DNA of 64,000 nt from Azolla caroliniana (Eukaryota > Plantae > Polypodiophyta), in assembly GCA_043228905.1 (NCBI GenBank), contig JBHGNT010000006.1, positions 9,486,001 to 9,550,000 on the forward strand. Direction: 5' to 3'. The stretch's first letter is position 1. Every line of letters begins with the position of its first letter. A model generated the notes under the pieces. The model saw only the letters and a list, made by a program, of their open reading frames with translations. It was not told the origin of the DNA and searched no databases. The translations under genes and the position numbers were made by a program. Shown here in pieces: positions 51,205 to 62,374 of the stretch.

Positions 51205-54200
51205 TCACTTCGGCATGGGATGTCTTTCCAGTCCGACCCTCTTCCGGCACGCTTCCAGCTTGTCGGGTGTGAGCACTTTGGTCAGCATATCTGACCCGTT
51301 CTCGTCCGTGTGGATCTTCGTCAGCACGAACTCCTGGTCTTCTATCCTTTCCCGGATCCAGTGGTATCTGCGTTGGATGTGTTTAGTCCGGGAATGGTAG
51401 GCCGCGTTCTTCGCAAGGTGGATGGCACTCTGACTGTCGCAGTAGAGTCGGTACTCCTCCTGCCGGATACCGAGCTCTCTAATGAAGTCCTTCATCCATA
51501 TTATTTCCTTGCCGGCTTCAACGGCCGCCATGTACTCCGCCTCCGTGGTTGACAACGCAACCGTCTTCTGCAGCCTCGACTGCCATGAAACAGCTCCCCC
51601 TGCATACGTCATCACATACCCTAATGTGGACCGGCTGGTATCTGCATCAGCCGACATATCCGAATCGGTAAAGCCGTCAAGTTCGGGCTTACCGGAGCCG
51701 AATCGGAGGCACACGTTTGCCGTACCCTTTAGGTATCGGAGTATCCACTTGACCGCGTTCCAGTGCTCTTTGCCGGGATTGCTCATGTACCGGCTCACCA
51801 CTCCGACTGCATATCCTATGTCCGGTCTTGTACACACCATTGCGTACATCAAGCTCCCGACGGCAGAGGCATATGGTACTTTCATCATGTCCTCCTTCTC
51901 AGCCTTTGTCTTGGGACTTTGCTTGCTGGACAGCTTGCAATTTGTCGGGAGAGTCGACCCGACTGGTCTTGCTTCCGACATGTTGAACCGTTGAAGCACC
52001 TTTGTCACGTACTTCTCCTGTGATAGCCACAACTGCTTCTTCTTCCGGTCCCGGATGATGTGCATCCCTAGTATTTGCCTCGCCGGACCCAGGTCCTTCA
52101 TTGAGAAGGTTCGGTGAAGAGCCTTCTTCAGCATCCGTATCTTGACCTGGTCCCGTCCGACGATCAACATGTCGTCCACGTATAGGAGGAGTATTAGAGA
52201 GTCTCCTCCGTCGAACTTCTTCACAAACACGCAGTGATCGGACTGCGTTTTGTGGTACCCTTCGTCGGTCATGAAGGAGTCGAACTTCCGGTACCACTGC
52301 CGGGGAGCCTGCTTCAGTCCGTAAAGGCTCTTCTTCAACCGGCATACCAGGTGCTCCTTCCCTTTCTTCTCGAATCCTTCCGGTTGCTGCATGTAGATCT
52401 CTTCTTCGAGGTCACCGTGAAGGAATGCCGTCTTCACGTCCATCTGTTCTACCTCGAGGTCCATGCTAGCCGCTATGCTCAGCACCGTCCGGATGGAGGT
52501 CATCTTCACTACCGGGGCAAATATCTCGTCGAAGTCAACGCCCTTCTTCTGCTGGAACCCCTTCACCACGATCCTGGCTTTGTATCTCGGGGGGTTTCCG
52601 GCATCTCCCGGTTTCAGCTTGAACACCCACTTGTTACGGAGTGCCCGTTTTCCTTTCGGCAACTCCACAAGTTCATATGTGTGGTTCTCATGCAGGGAAT
52701 CCATCTCCTCCTGCATGGCACTTAACCACCTGCGGCTATGTGTGTCAAGCTTCGCTTCTTCAAAGCTCTCCGGCTCCCCCTCGTCGGTTAGCAGCACGTG
52801 CTCTGGTTCCGGAAATCTCCGGGGGGCCCTTCTCTCTCTTAGAGGATATCTCCGTTCCGGAGCTTCGGTAACCGGCTCTTCCGTTTCCTCTTCATCCGAA
52901 ACCATTTCGGGATCGGGGCCGGTTCCGGTATCAGTTTCATCTTCCTCGGCCGGTTCTGTTTCTTCACCGTCTTCGGCCGGATCCTCGAGTGCTAACCGGT
53001 CCCTTGCCGGTCGGGACTGCTCCTCATAGAGTTGATCCTCACCGGTCGACTTGGAGCTCTTCATCTTCTTCTCCGACTCCCAGTCGGCGAGTGTCTTGTC
53101 CTCCATGAAGATGATATCACGACTCCTGAATATCTTCTTGTCGACCGGGTCCCATACTCAGTAGCCGAACTCGTCGTCGCCGTAACCGAGGAATATGCAT
53201 GGCCGGGTCTTTGGATCTAGCTTTCCTCTCCGGTCCTTTGCCACATGCACATATGCGAGACACCCGAACACCTTCAGATGCCGGTAGGATACTTCCCTAC
53301 CGGTCCACACTCTCTGCGGCGTGTCTCCGTCCAAAGGTACTGAGGGTGATCTATTTATCACATATGTCGCCGTCGACATTGCCTCAGCCCAAAATCCCTT
53401 GGGTAATATCGCATGTGCCAGCATACTCCGGACCCTCTCCATTATGGTCCGGTTCATCCTCTCGGCCAGCCCGTTCAGTTCCGGCGTCTTCGGCACAGTA
53501 AACTCGAGCCGGATTCCCTTCGAGCGACAGTACTCTGCGAACTGCCCCCGGTATTCCCCTCCGTTATCCGCTCGTATCGCTTTCAGCTTCTTGCCGGATT
53601 CTCTTTCCACTCTTGCGTGGAGTTCTTTGAAGACGGACAATACTTGATCCTTTGTCTTCAACGGTGCCGTCCACAGCTTCCGGCTGTGGTCATCTATGAA
53701 TGTTACGAAGTACTGGGCTCCGCCATGTGACTTCGTTTCTACCTGACACACATCAGTGTGCACCAACTCCAATGGTGCACTACGTCTCGTCGGTGGCCTT
53801 GAGTGGAAGGAGGTTCGGTTCTGCTTACCGGCCAGACAGTCGGTACACTTCCCCAAGTGTACATGCTTTACCGGTATCAGGTTGTCTTCGGCAAGCCTCT
53901 TCATCCCCTTCTCGCTCATGTGGCACAGTCTCTTGTGCCACAGCTCACCGGCAGTGTCGGCTGCCACGTTCAACTCTTCCGGACATAGCCGGGAATTCAT
54001 CAGGTACAGTGTGTTGATCTTCCGGGCCCGAGCCACTATCAGGCTCCCTTTGCTGAACTTCATGACACCGTTCCGGATGCTACCCGTGTAGCCTTCATCG
54101 TCTAGCCTCCCGGCCGAAATCAGGTTCAATCGAACCTCCGGAACGTGTCGAACATCCTTCAGCAGCATCTTGCATCCGGTTGATGTCATCAGCCACACGT

Positions 54201-55278
54201 CTCCTATGCCGGCAATCCGGCACGTACCTTCATTTCCCATCCGGACACAGCCATGCTCACCGGCTGTGTAGGATGAGAAGTATTTCTTCTCCGGGGTCAG
54301 GTGGAACGATGCTCCGGAATCAACCACCCAGGTCATCTCTTCACCGGCAAGGTTCAGCTCCCTCTCTTCGGTAATGAGCATGATCTCCTCTTCACTTGCC
54401 GCGAGTGCCGTCGTTCCTTTCCGGTCCTGCCCTCGCCGATCCGGACCTCTCCGGTCCGTGGCTCCCCGGTATGCACCGTTTCTCTCCGGTGACTTCTTCG
54501 AATCGGTGTCGTCGGCTCCGTTGTCCTTTCGGTAATGCCGACAATTCTTCCGGAGGTGCCCCGGCTTCCCACAGTGGAAGCATGTGGGTCTTCCTCTTGA
54601 CTGTGACCGGGTCCCCGACTTCTCCCGTCTTTGCGGACTCCGGTTCCATTGTCTTCCCCGTTCCGATTCGGTAAGCAGCGCCTTCGAGTCGGAGGCCGGT
54701 TCTTTATCTCTCCGACGCGCTTCTTCATTTAGAATACTTGTCTTTACCGTTTGTAGAGACAAGTTATCTTCGGTGCAGGAGGTGCTGAGAGTCACCACCA
54801 AGTTCTCCCAGCTTTCCGGCAATGTACACATCAGAATGATGGCTTGCATTGCATCCTCCAGCGGGAACTTGATCGCCGCAAGCTGGTTCACGAATCCCAT
54901 GAACGTGCTTACGTGTTCCACCATACTCTCGCCGTCCCGGTACTTGAGGTTCACTATCTTCCTCATCAGGGAGGTCCGGTTCAACGCATTCTTCCTCTCG
55001 TAGAGGCCCGACAGCTTCCGCCACATCTCGTATGCGTTGGTGTCGTTCGCCACATGTTGTAGAACGCTCACGTCGACGTATTGCCGAATGGTTGCAACGG
55101 CTTTCCGGTTCAGAAGCCTCCATTCCGTCTCAAGTACCCCCTTCGGTATTTCCGACCTGTCAATCGGTTCGTACAGGTCCCGAACAATCAGAAGATCCTC
55201 CATCTTGATCTTCCAGTCGGCGTAATTTTGCGCATTCAGCACCATCATCCCCGGCTGCCCGCTGTTGCCGCCTTCCAT
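51205..55278 (-). CDS. gag-pol: gag-pol polyprotein of element I (1358 codons) with a single in-frame TGA at 53158-53160
   Basis: ORFs 53158-55368 and 51205-53106 share a frame; the sister copies have CGA (Arg) at the stop; CCHC, DSGA protease, integrase, YVDD RT and RNase H motifs intact. Confidence 0.93.
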
Positions 55279-55309
55279 TTTCTGCGCTGCCGTCGCTCTG
55301 ATACCACTT

Positions 55310-55985
55310 TGTTGAAAAAACCGACTCTCCGATTCGCCTTCACCACTCGGCCACAACCGAGAAATCACGAATCAATGCAGCAGAAAATAGGAAACACAGA
55401 GAAAGACACGATAACACAGGGATTAACGTGGAAAACCCTAAATGGGGAAAAACCACGGGAGTCCTCAAACTCCAACTATCACTACAAACAGAGATGTACA
55501 ATGGTGAAGCTACAAGGCAACAACCTTGAGCTCACTGTCTTCGCCACAAGCGGCGGTAATACACAGAGGCAACGACCTCTTCGTCTCTCTGTCTCTCTCT
55601 CTCTCTCGGCTGCTCTCTTCACTCTCTCTTAGTGAAAACAGAAAAAAAATGAGCAGCAACAAAAACTGTTTGCCCTAAGTCATATTTATACATATATGAC
55701 TTTCGGGCTATTTACAAATATAGCCTCAAGGGCCCTTGGCAAACATATTCACAAATATGTCCCCGCATCCGGATCTCTCTCCGGGTACATTCGTCATCCG
55801 GCTCCGTAGCCGGGTTCTTCATCATCCGGCTCCGTAGCCGGGGTCTTCATCATCCGGCTCCGTAGCCGGGTACTCTTCATCCGGCTTCATGCTGGGTACT
55901 CTTCATCCTCCGGTTCCGTAACCGCAACCGGGCTTGCCGTCATTCATCTCCGGACATCCCATCCGGAGGGACCGTAATCCCAACA
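55310..55985 (-). repeat. 5' LTR of element I
   Basis: 676 bp, with one extra 28-bp U3 repeat unit relative to the 3' LTR. Confidence 0.97.
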
Positions 55986-56880
55986 CCCCGGAAGTAAAGA
56001 TGACCTCCATCCGGATGGTGCTAAGCATAGTGGCAAGCATGGACCTCGAGGTAGAGCAGCTAGACGTGAAGACGACATTCCTTCACAGTGACCTCGAAGA
56101 GGAGATCTACATGCAGCAACTGGAAGGATTCGTGGAGAAAGGGAAGGAGCACCTGGTTTGCCGGTTGAAGAAGAGCCTCTAGAGGTTGAAGCAGGCCCCC
56201 CGACAATGATACCGGAAGTTCGACTCCTTCATGACCGATCAAGGGTATCACAAAACGCAAATCGATCACTGTGTGTTTGTGAAGAAGTTCGAAGGAGGCG
56301 ACTTCCTGATACTTCTTTTGTACGTGGACGACATGTTGATCGTCAGATGGGACCAAGCCAAATTACGGATGCTGAAAAATGCTCTTAATCGAACCTTCGC
56401 AATGAAAGACTTGGGCCCGGCAAGATAGATACTGGGGATGCACATCATCTGGGACCGGTCAAAGAAGAAATTGTGGTTGTCACAAGCGAAATACGTGACA
56501 AAGGTGCTTCAGCGGCTCAACATGTTAGAAACAAAACCGGTCGGACAGACACTCCCGGCAAACTGCAGACTATCCGGTAAGCAAAGCCTGAAGACGAAAG
56601 TAGAGAAGGTTGATATGATGAAGGTTCCATATGCCTCTGCCATCGGGAGCTTGATGTACGCAATGGTGTGTATTCAGTCGGATATTGGATACGCAGTCGG
56701 AGTGGTGAGCCGGTTTATGAGTAATCCCGGCAAGGAGCACTAGAACGCGGTCAAATGGATACTCTGGTACTTGAAGGGCACTTCGAATATGTGTCTCCGA
56801 TTCAGCTCCGGTAAACCTCAACTTGACGGTTTTACCGATTCAAACATGTCAGCTGATGTGGATACCAGCCAGTCTACATC

Positions 56881-59487
56881 CTGTTTCCTAACAAACTCCC
56901 CCTTCACTCCGGCATGGGATGTCGTACTTGTTCGATCCGCTTCCGACATGCATCTAGCTTGTCGAGTATCAGAACTTTGGTCAATATATCTGACCCGTTC
57001 TCCGCCGTATGGATCTTCATCAGCGCGAACTCTAGATCTTCTACTCACTCCCGGATCCAGTGATACCTACGTTGGATGTGCTTCGTCCTGGAATGGTACA
57101 CTGCGTTCTTAGCAAGGTGGATGGCACTTTGACTGTCGCAATAGAGCCGGTATTCATCTTGCCGGATACGGAACTCTCCGATGAAGTCCTTCATCCATAA
57201 TATTTCCTTGCCGGCTTGCACATCCGCCATGTAGTCCACCTCCGTGGTTGACAATGCAACCGTCTTCTGCAGCCTCGACTTCCACGAAACAACTTCCCCT
57301 GCATATGTCATTACATACCTGGATGTAGACCGGCTGGTATCCACATCAGCTGACATGTCCGAATCAGTAAAACCGTCAAGTTGAGGTTTACCGGAGCCGA
57401 ATCGGAGACACATATTCGAAGTGCCCTTCAAGTACCGGAGTATCCATTGGACTGCGTTCTAGAGCTCCTTGTCGGGATTGCTCATAAACCAGCTCACCAC
57501 TCCGACTGCGTATCCAATATCTGTCCGAGTACAGACCATTGCGTACATCAAGCTCTCGACGACAAAGGCATATGGAACCTTCATCATATCCACCTTCTCT
57601 GCTTTCGTCTTCGGGGTTTGCTTGCTGGATAATCTGCAGTTTGCCGGGAGTGTCGATCTGACCGGTTTCGCTTCTAACATGTTGAATCGCTGAAGCACTT
57701 TTGTCACATATTTCTCCTGTGACAACCACAATTGCTTCTTTGACCGGTCCCGGATGATGTGCATCCCCAGTATCTGTCTTGCCGGACCCAAGTCTTTCAT
57801 TGAGAAAGTTTGGTTGAGAGCCTTCTTCAGCATCCGTATTTTGGCTTGGTCCCGTCCGTCCACGTATGGAAGGAGTATCAAGAAGTCTCCACCTTCGAAC
57901 TTCTTCACAAATACGCAGTGATCAGCCTGGGTCTTGTGGTACCTTTGATCGGTCATGAAGGAGTCGAACTTACGGTACCATTGTCGGGGGACCTGCTTCA
58001 ACCCGTAGAGACATCCTTTCAACCGGCAAACGAGGTGCTCCTTCCCTTTCTCCATGAATCCTTCCGGTTGCTGCATGTAGATCTCCTCTTCAAGGTCACC
58101 GTGAAGGAATGTCGTCTTCACGTCCAGCTGCTCTACCTCGAGGTCCATGCTTGCCGCTATGCTTAGCACCGTTTGAATGGAGGTCATCTTTACTACCGGG
58201 GCAAATATCTCGTTGAAGTTCACACCCTTCTTCTGTTGAAACCCCTTGACCACGATCCTGGCTTTGTATCTTGGGGGGTTGCTGGCATCTCCCGGTTTCA
58301 ACTTCTACACCCACTTGTTTCGGAGTGCCCTCTTTCCTTTTGGCAACTCCACCAATTCCTACGTATGGTTCTCATGCAGGGAATCCATCTCATCCTGCAT
58401 GGCACTTAACCATTTGCGGTTGTGGGTGTCATCCTTCGCTTCTTCGAAGCTTTCTGGATCCCCCTCATCGGTTAGCAGCACATGCTCTGCATCCGGAAAT
58501 CTCCGGGGGGGCCTTCTCTCTCTGAGAGGATATCTCCGTCTTTGGGCTTCGGCAACCGGCTCCTCCATTTGCTCTTCATCCGAATCCGATTCGGGGTCTT
58601 GGCCGGTTCCGGTTTCACCCCAATACCTTCAGATGCCAGTAGGACAGACTCTTTGTGGCGTGTCTCCGTCCAAGGGTACTGAGGGTGATCTGTTTATCAT
58701 ATATGTCGCCGTTGACAGTGCCTTAGCCCAAAACTTCTTGGGTAGTTTTGCATGTGCCAACATACTCCGGACCCTCTCCATTATGGTCCGGTTCATCCTC
58801 TCGGCCAGCCCGTTTAGTTCCGGCGTCTTCGGCGCGGTAAATTCGAGCTAGATTCCCTTCGAGCGGCAGTACTCCTCGAACTGCCCCCGGTATTCTCCTC
58901 CGTTATCTCCTGGAACCGCCTTCAGCTTTCGGCCGGTTTCTCTTTCCACTCTCGCGTGGAGCTCTTTGAAGACAGATAGCACCTGATCCTTCGTCTTCAA
59001 CGGTGTGGCCCACAGCTTCCGATTGTGGTCATCTATGAACGTCACGAAGTACTGCGATTCTGCATATGAATTCGTGTCCACTTGACACACATTAGTGTGC
59101 ACCAACTCCAGTGGTGCATTACGTCTCATCAGTGGCCTTGGTCGGAAGGAGGTCCGATTTTGCTTACCGGCTAGACAATCAGTGCACTTCTCCAAGTGCA
59201 CGTTCTTCACTGGAATGAGGTTGTCGTCTGCAAGCCTCTTCATCCCCTTCTCGCTCATGTGACACAGCCTTTTGTGCCACAGCTCACCGATAGTGTCGCA
59301 TGCCACGTTCAATTCCTCCGGACATAACCGAGCATTCATCAAGTACAGCGTGTTTACCTTCAAGGCCCGAGCCACAATAAGGCTCCCTTTGTTGAACTTC
59401 ATAACACCGTTCTGGATGCTACCCGTGTAGCCTTCATCATCTAGCCGACCAGCTGATATTAGGTTCAGTCGAACCTCTGGAATGTGT
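56881..59487 (-). mobile_element. Copia family E fragment J (INT, RT, RH, PPT, 13-nt 3' LTR remnant)
   Basis: Minus-strand ORFs 58848-59402, 57459-58301 and 57045-57431; internal deletion near 58620; ctgtttcctaaca remnant at 56881-56893. Confidence 0.92.
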
Positions 59488-61773
59488 CATCGGTTTTTCA
59501 AGGTACGAGAACCACTCCTTATGGCTCGTCATGTGGTTTGACGCGCCGGAGTCTACGTACCACACCTCATCCGATCTCGGGGTGCTCTATTTCATTGAGT
59601 TTGTTTCGTGTCTCGTCACGAAGACAGACCCTTCTCCGGCTCTCCGGAGTCTTCGGCGTAGTGCGATTGCTGCCGATTTCCCTTGTCGGTATTTCTAGAG
59701 CCATTTCTCTCCGAATCGGCGCGCTTCTTCTAGCACTCACTTTCCTTGTGTCCTTTCTTGCCACAGTACCAGCACTCCGCGATGGACTTCCCTTGCCGGT
59801 TCTCATCGCTTCGACTCCCCCTATTTCCGGAGGGTCCGGAGTTTCTGTCGGCATTACTTCGGTGCCTTCTTCCTTGATCTCGTCGGCTACCTCCATTGCG
59901 CGCCGACTCGCCTCGTCCTCCACGTCCACGGGGCCTATCTCCCTCCGTGTACAACATTCTGTTGTCGGTGTGCGTGCTTGTAGACGCACCCGCGTGGTTC
60001 TCCTCTACCAGGAGCATTGATTGTAAGTCAAAAAAGGACGGCGTATTCTCCCGGGTACACACAGCCATTCGGAACGCTCCGAACATCGACGCCAAACCTC
60101 CAAGACAGATCTGGACCATCTCGCTCTCCTCGATGTTCACCTCTATGGAGGCGAGGGAGTCGCAGATATCCTTGATCTTCGAGGTATAGTCCGCCACCGA
60201 CAAGTCGCGTTGTCGTAGGTTGCTCAACTCCTGTCGGAGTTGAAGCTTCCTGGCTGTGGTGCTCGCGGCGAAAATCTTCTTCAGATTTTCCCACGCACCC
60301 TTTGGCGTCTTTGCATGCCGAACATAGCTCAGTAGCTGTTCGCCCACACACGACGCGAAGCAGTACAATACCCTGCTCGCCGATTGCTCCCACGACGGGA
60401 AGTCTCTGTGTGTCGATTCGGGTGCCGCGTCATTAGCTCCTTCGACATAACTCCAGTAGCCGTGCCCGAGCAGGTACTGGTGCATCTTGTAGGACCAAGA
60501 CGCTGTCGCGTTGTTACGCGCGTGCGTGGAGAAAGGCGGGACCACGAGGGTCTTGGACTAGGGAGCGATGGAGCGTAGGAAGTCGCACTTCACCGTTTCC
60601 GGGGCATCCCAGAAGCACACCGGAAGCAACCGAAGGGAGAGAGAGAGAGAGAGAGAGCATGCTTAACACCGACTCACGCACACACACGCACACACAGCCC
60701 GACCCGACTCACGCCCTTATGCAGAGAAAACGCAGGAAAGGGGAAACACCCAACACCAACAGAGACGCGGATATACACAGACAGACGCAAATGTATGTAT
60801 ATATATAGAAGAATACATTCTCGGCTTCGAGCCGGTCTGAGGTAGGTTACAATAGTCGTCTGCTGCCAAGCCGCCGTCGGGGAGCCCTCAGCTCGTCGCG
60901 CCGAGCGGGGTCTTGCATAGGAGGCCGAACCAAAGCAAACCCTAAGCGAACACGCAGAAGAAGAAGAAGAAGAACCTAACTCTAAACCTAACGGTATACC
61001 CTCGAATGCAAAAATGGGCAACCCTTTCCCAAAGGGTGTTCCCTTCCTTTTATAGTACAAGGAGAGGGATGCGTTACAATGCGGGACAAATCCCACCTTA
61101 CATGGGATCGTCTGACCCGACTTGACTACTCTTCGGCGCCATAAAGGCGCCCCCGATATTCACACTAAATGTACATGGGTGCGTTCACACGCTGCACCCC
61201 GCCGATGTAGCCAATGTTCCTAGTTTCCGCCTCTGGCCCAAATTCTTCACGACAACGCGTAGTTGGTTCTGTCGAGCTTCTCTGTTGGAAGCGAGCTCGC
61301 CATGCCTCTATCCATCGTTCTTCTTGTTCTTCTTCGTCAAGTTGTGTCGGCTGCAGAGAGGTTCTCAACCCTCGCGCTCTGATACCATGTAAAAAGAAAC
61401 GTGCGGAAGCTAGTATGAAGACCGAACAGAAGAGAGGAAACTCAGGTTTAATGGAGAGCTTGAGCTTACACGGTGTACACATGAGAGACAGAGAGAGAAA
61501 CACAAAAAATTATATTCAATAATAGTGCTCAGTCTGTACATAAGACGTGCTCAGTGAGCACTTTTATACAAGTCCTAGAAGGACTGACCGAAGTACTGAC
61601 AGTACTTCAATGCTCATCAAGAGCCCTTACACTAACTCCCAAATATATTCCTCACAGAATATCTTTCCTGACAACCTCCTGGTTTACGCATTCGGCCTAA
61701 CCGATCGGTCCCAATCGGTCCGGTCCTCGGCTTCTTCAACCGATCCGGCCGATGTTGAGCTTGTCTCTCAACA
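59488..61773 (-). mobile_element. Family A copia K: 5' LTR 61388-61773, PBS 61376-61387, gag to protease start, 3'-truncated
   Basis: gag ORF 59730-60503 (WSYKMHQYLLGHGYW, CWYCGKKGHKESEC); N-terminus lies across the solo LTR. Confidence 0.92.
60504..61254 (-). mobile_element. Solo LTR of the H family inserted in the gag of K
   Basis: Homologous to 35086-35843; TG...CA; 4-bp TSD ACGC at 60500-60503 and 61255-61258; host NYASW rejoins. Confidence 0.95.
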
Positions 61774-62370
61774 CTCTTCTTCTCAATCCACTTCATCAAC
61801 GTGTGTCGAGTCATCCTCGATGTGTCTTCAAGCATATATTCCGCCAAAAGTTCCCTTTCGAATCCCACCCATGTTGTTGTGTGGCTTGAATCTCCCTTAT
61901 ACAGCCTTGTAACCCATTTTCCACGACATGCTTGAAGCTTGATATTTGTTTCTCTTCAATGACATCTAGTTGTAGCATTTGTGTCTTCTATATAGCAAGG
62001 AAATGTGTAATATTTCTTCCGCCAAATTGTCCCGCTATCTCAATGGTCTGGTCGATGTCCTTGTCCAATCTTGCATCATTATCACGAGCTCTCATCATAT
62101 GCTCGACAATAGCCACCAACATCACCACTTTGTCAACTTGGGAGTTTGTCGAAGAAGCCATCTTCGAATCTTCTATTTCAAGCACTTCAATCATTCCTAC
62201 CGCCTCTTTACGTCGGGTTCACCACTTGATTATGTCGTGGAAATCCGCCAACTAGTGTGGATCGTGAGGCAGAACCGCCGGGGTTTTGGACCAGAAGGAT
62301 TTAGGGCTGAATGATTTATGCACTTTAAGTTTTAAGATGAGATATTTCCCTCAAATAAGAGTAAGATAGT
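61774..62370 (-). mobile_element. Old Trp-primed gypsy fragment: LTR end, PBS and gag N-terminus
   Basis: PBS 62210-62224; gag-like AGQFGGRNITHFL; LTR-like TGTCGTGG at 62233. Confidence 0.7.
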
Positions 62371-62374
62371 ATGA

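Larger units (their letters stand above)
50548..55985 (-). mobile_element. Very young full-length Ty1/copia element I
   Basis: Near-identical LTRs 50548-51194 and 55310-55985; TSD CCCCG at 50543-50547 and 55986-55990; PBS 55295-55306; PPT 51195-51207. Confidence 0.98.
48725..56881 (+). mobile_element. Copia E3: 5' LTR 48725-49301, PBS 49305-49316, gag, about 1.5-kb deletion (integrase lost), RT split by element I, 3'-truncated
   Basis: Protease MGNEG fused to RT DEMDSL near 50350; RT resumes at 55986 and ends in early RNase H. Confidence 0.92.

Noticed and set aside
52463-53029. Antisense ORFs recurring in several copies (also at 20721, 31711 and 58246)
   Set aside because: Shadow frames of GC-rich RT coding sequence; recurrence reflects copy homology
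53158-53160. Programmed stop-codon readthrough in element I
   Set aside because: The stop lies inside integrase and the sister copies have CGA, so a CpG deamination is the simpler explanation
55279-55368. N-terminal extension of the element I ORF
   Set aside because: Runs through the LTR and PBS; the plausible start is the ATG at 55278
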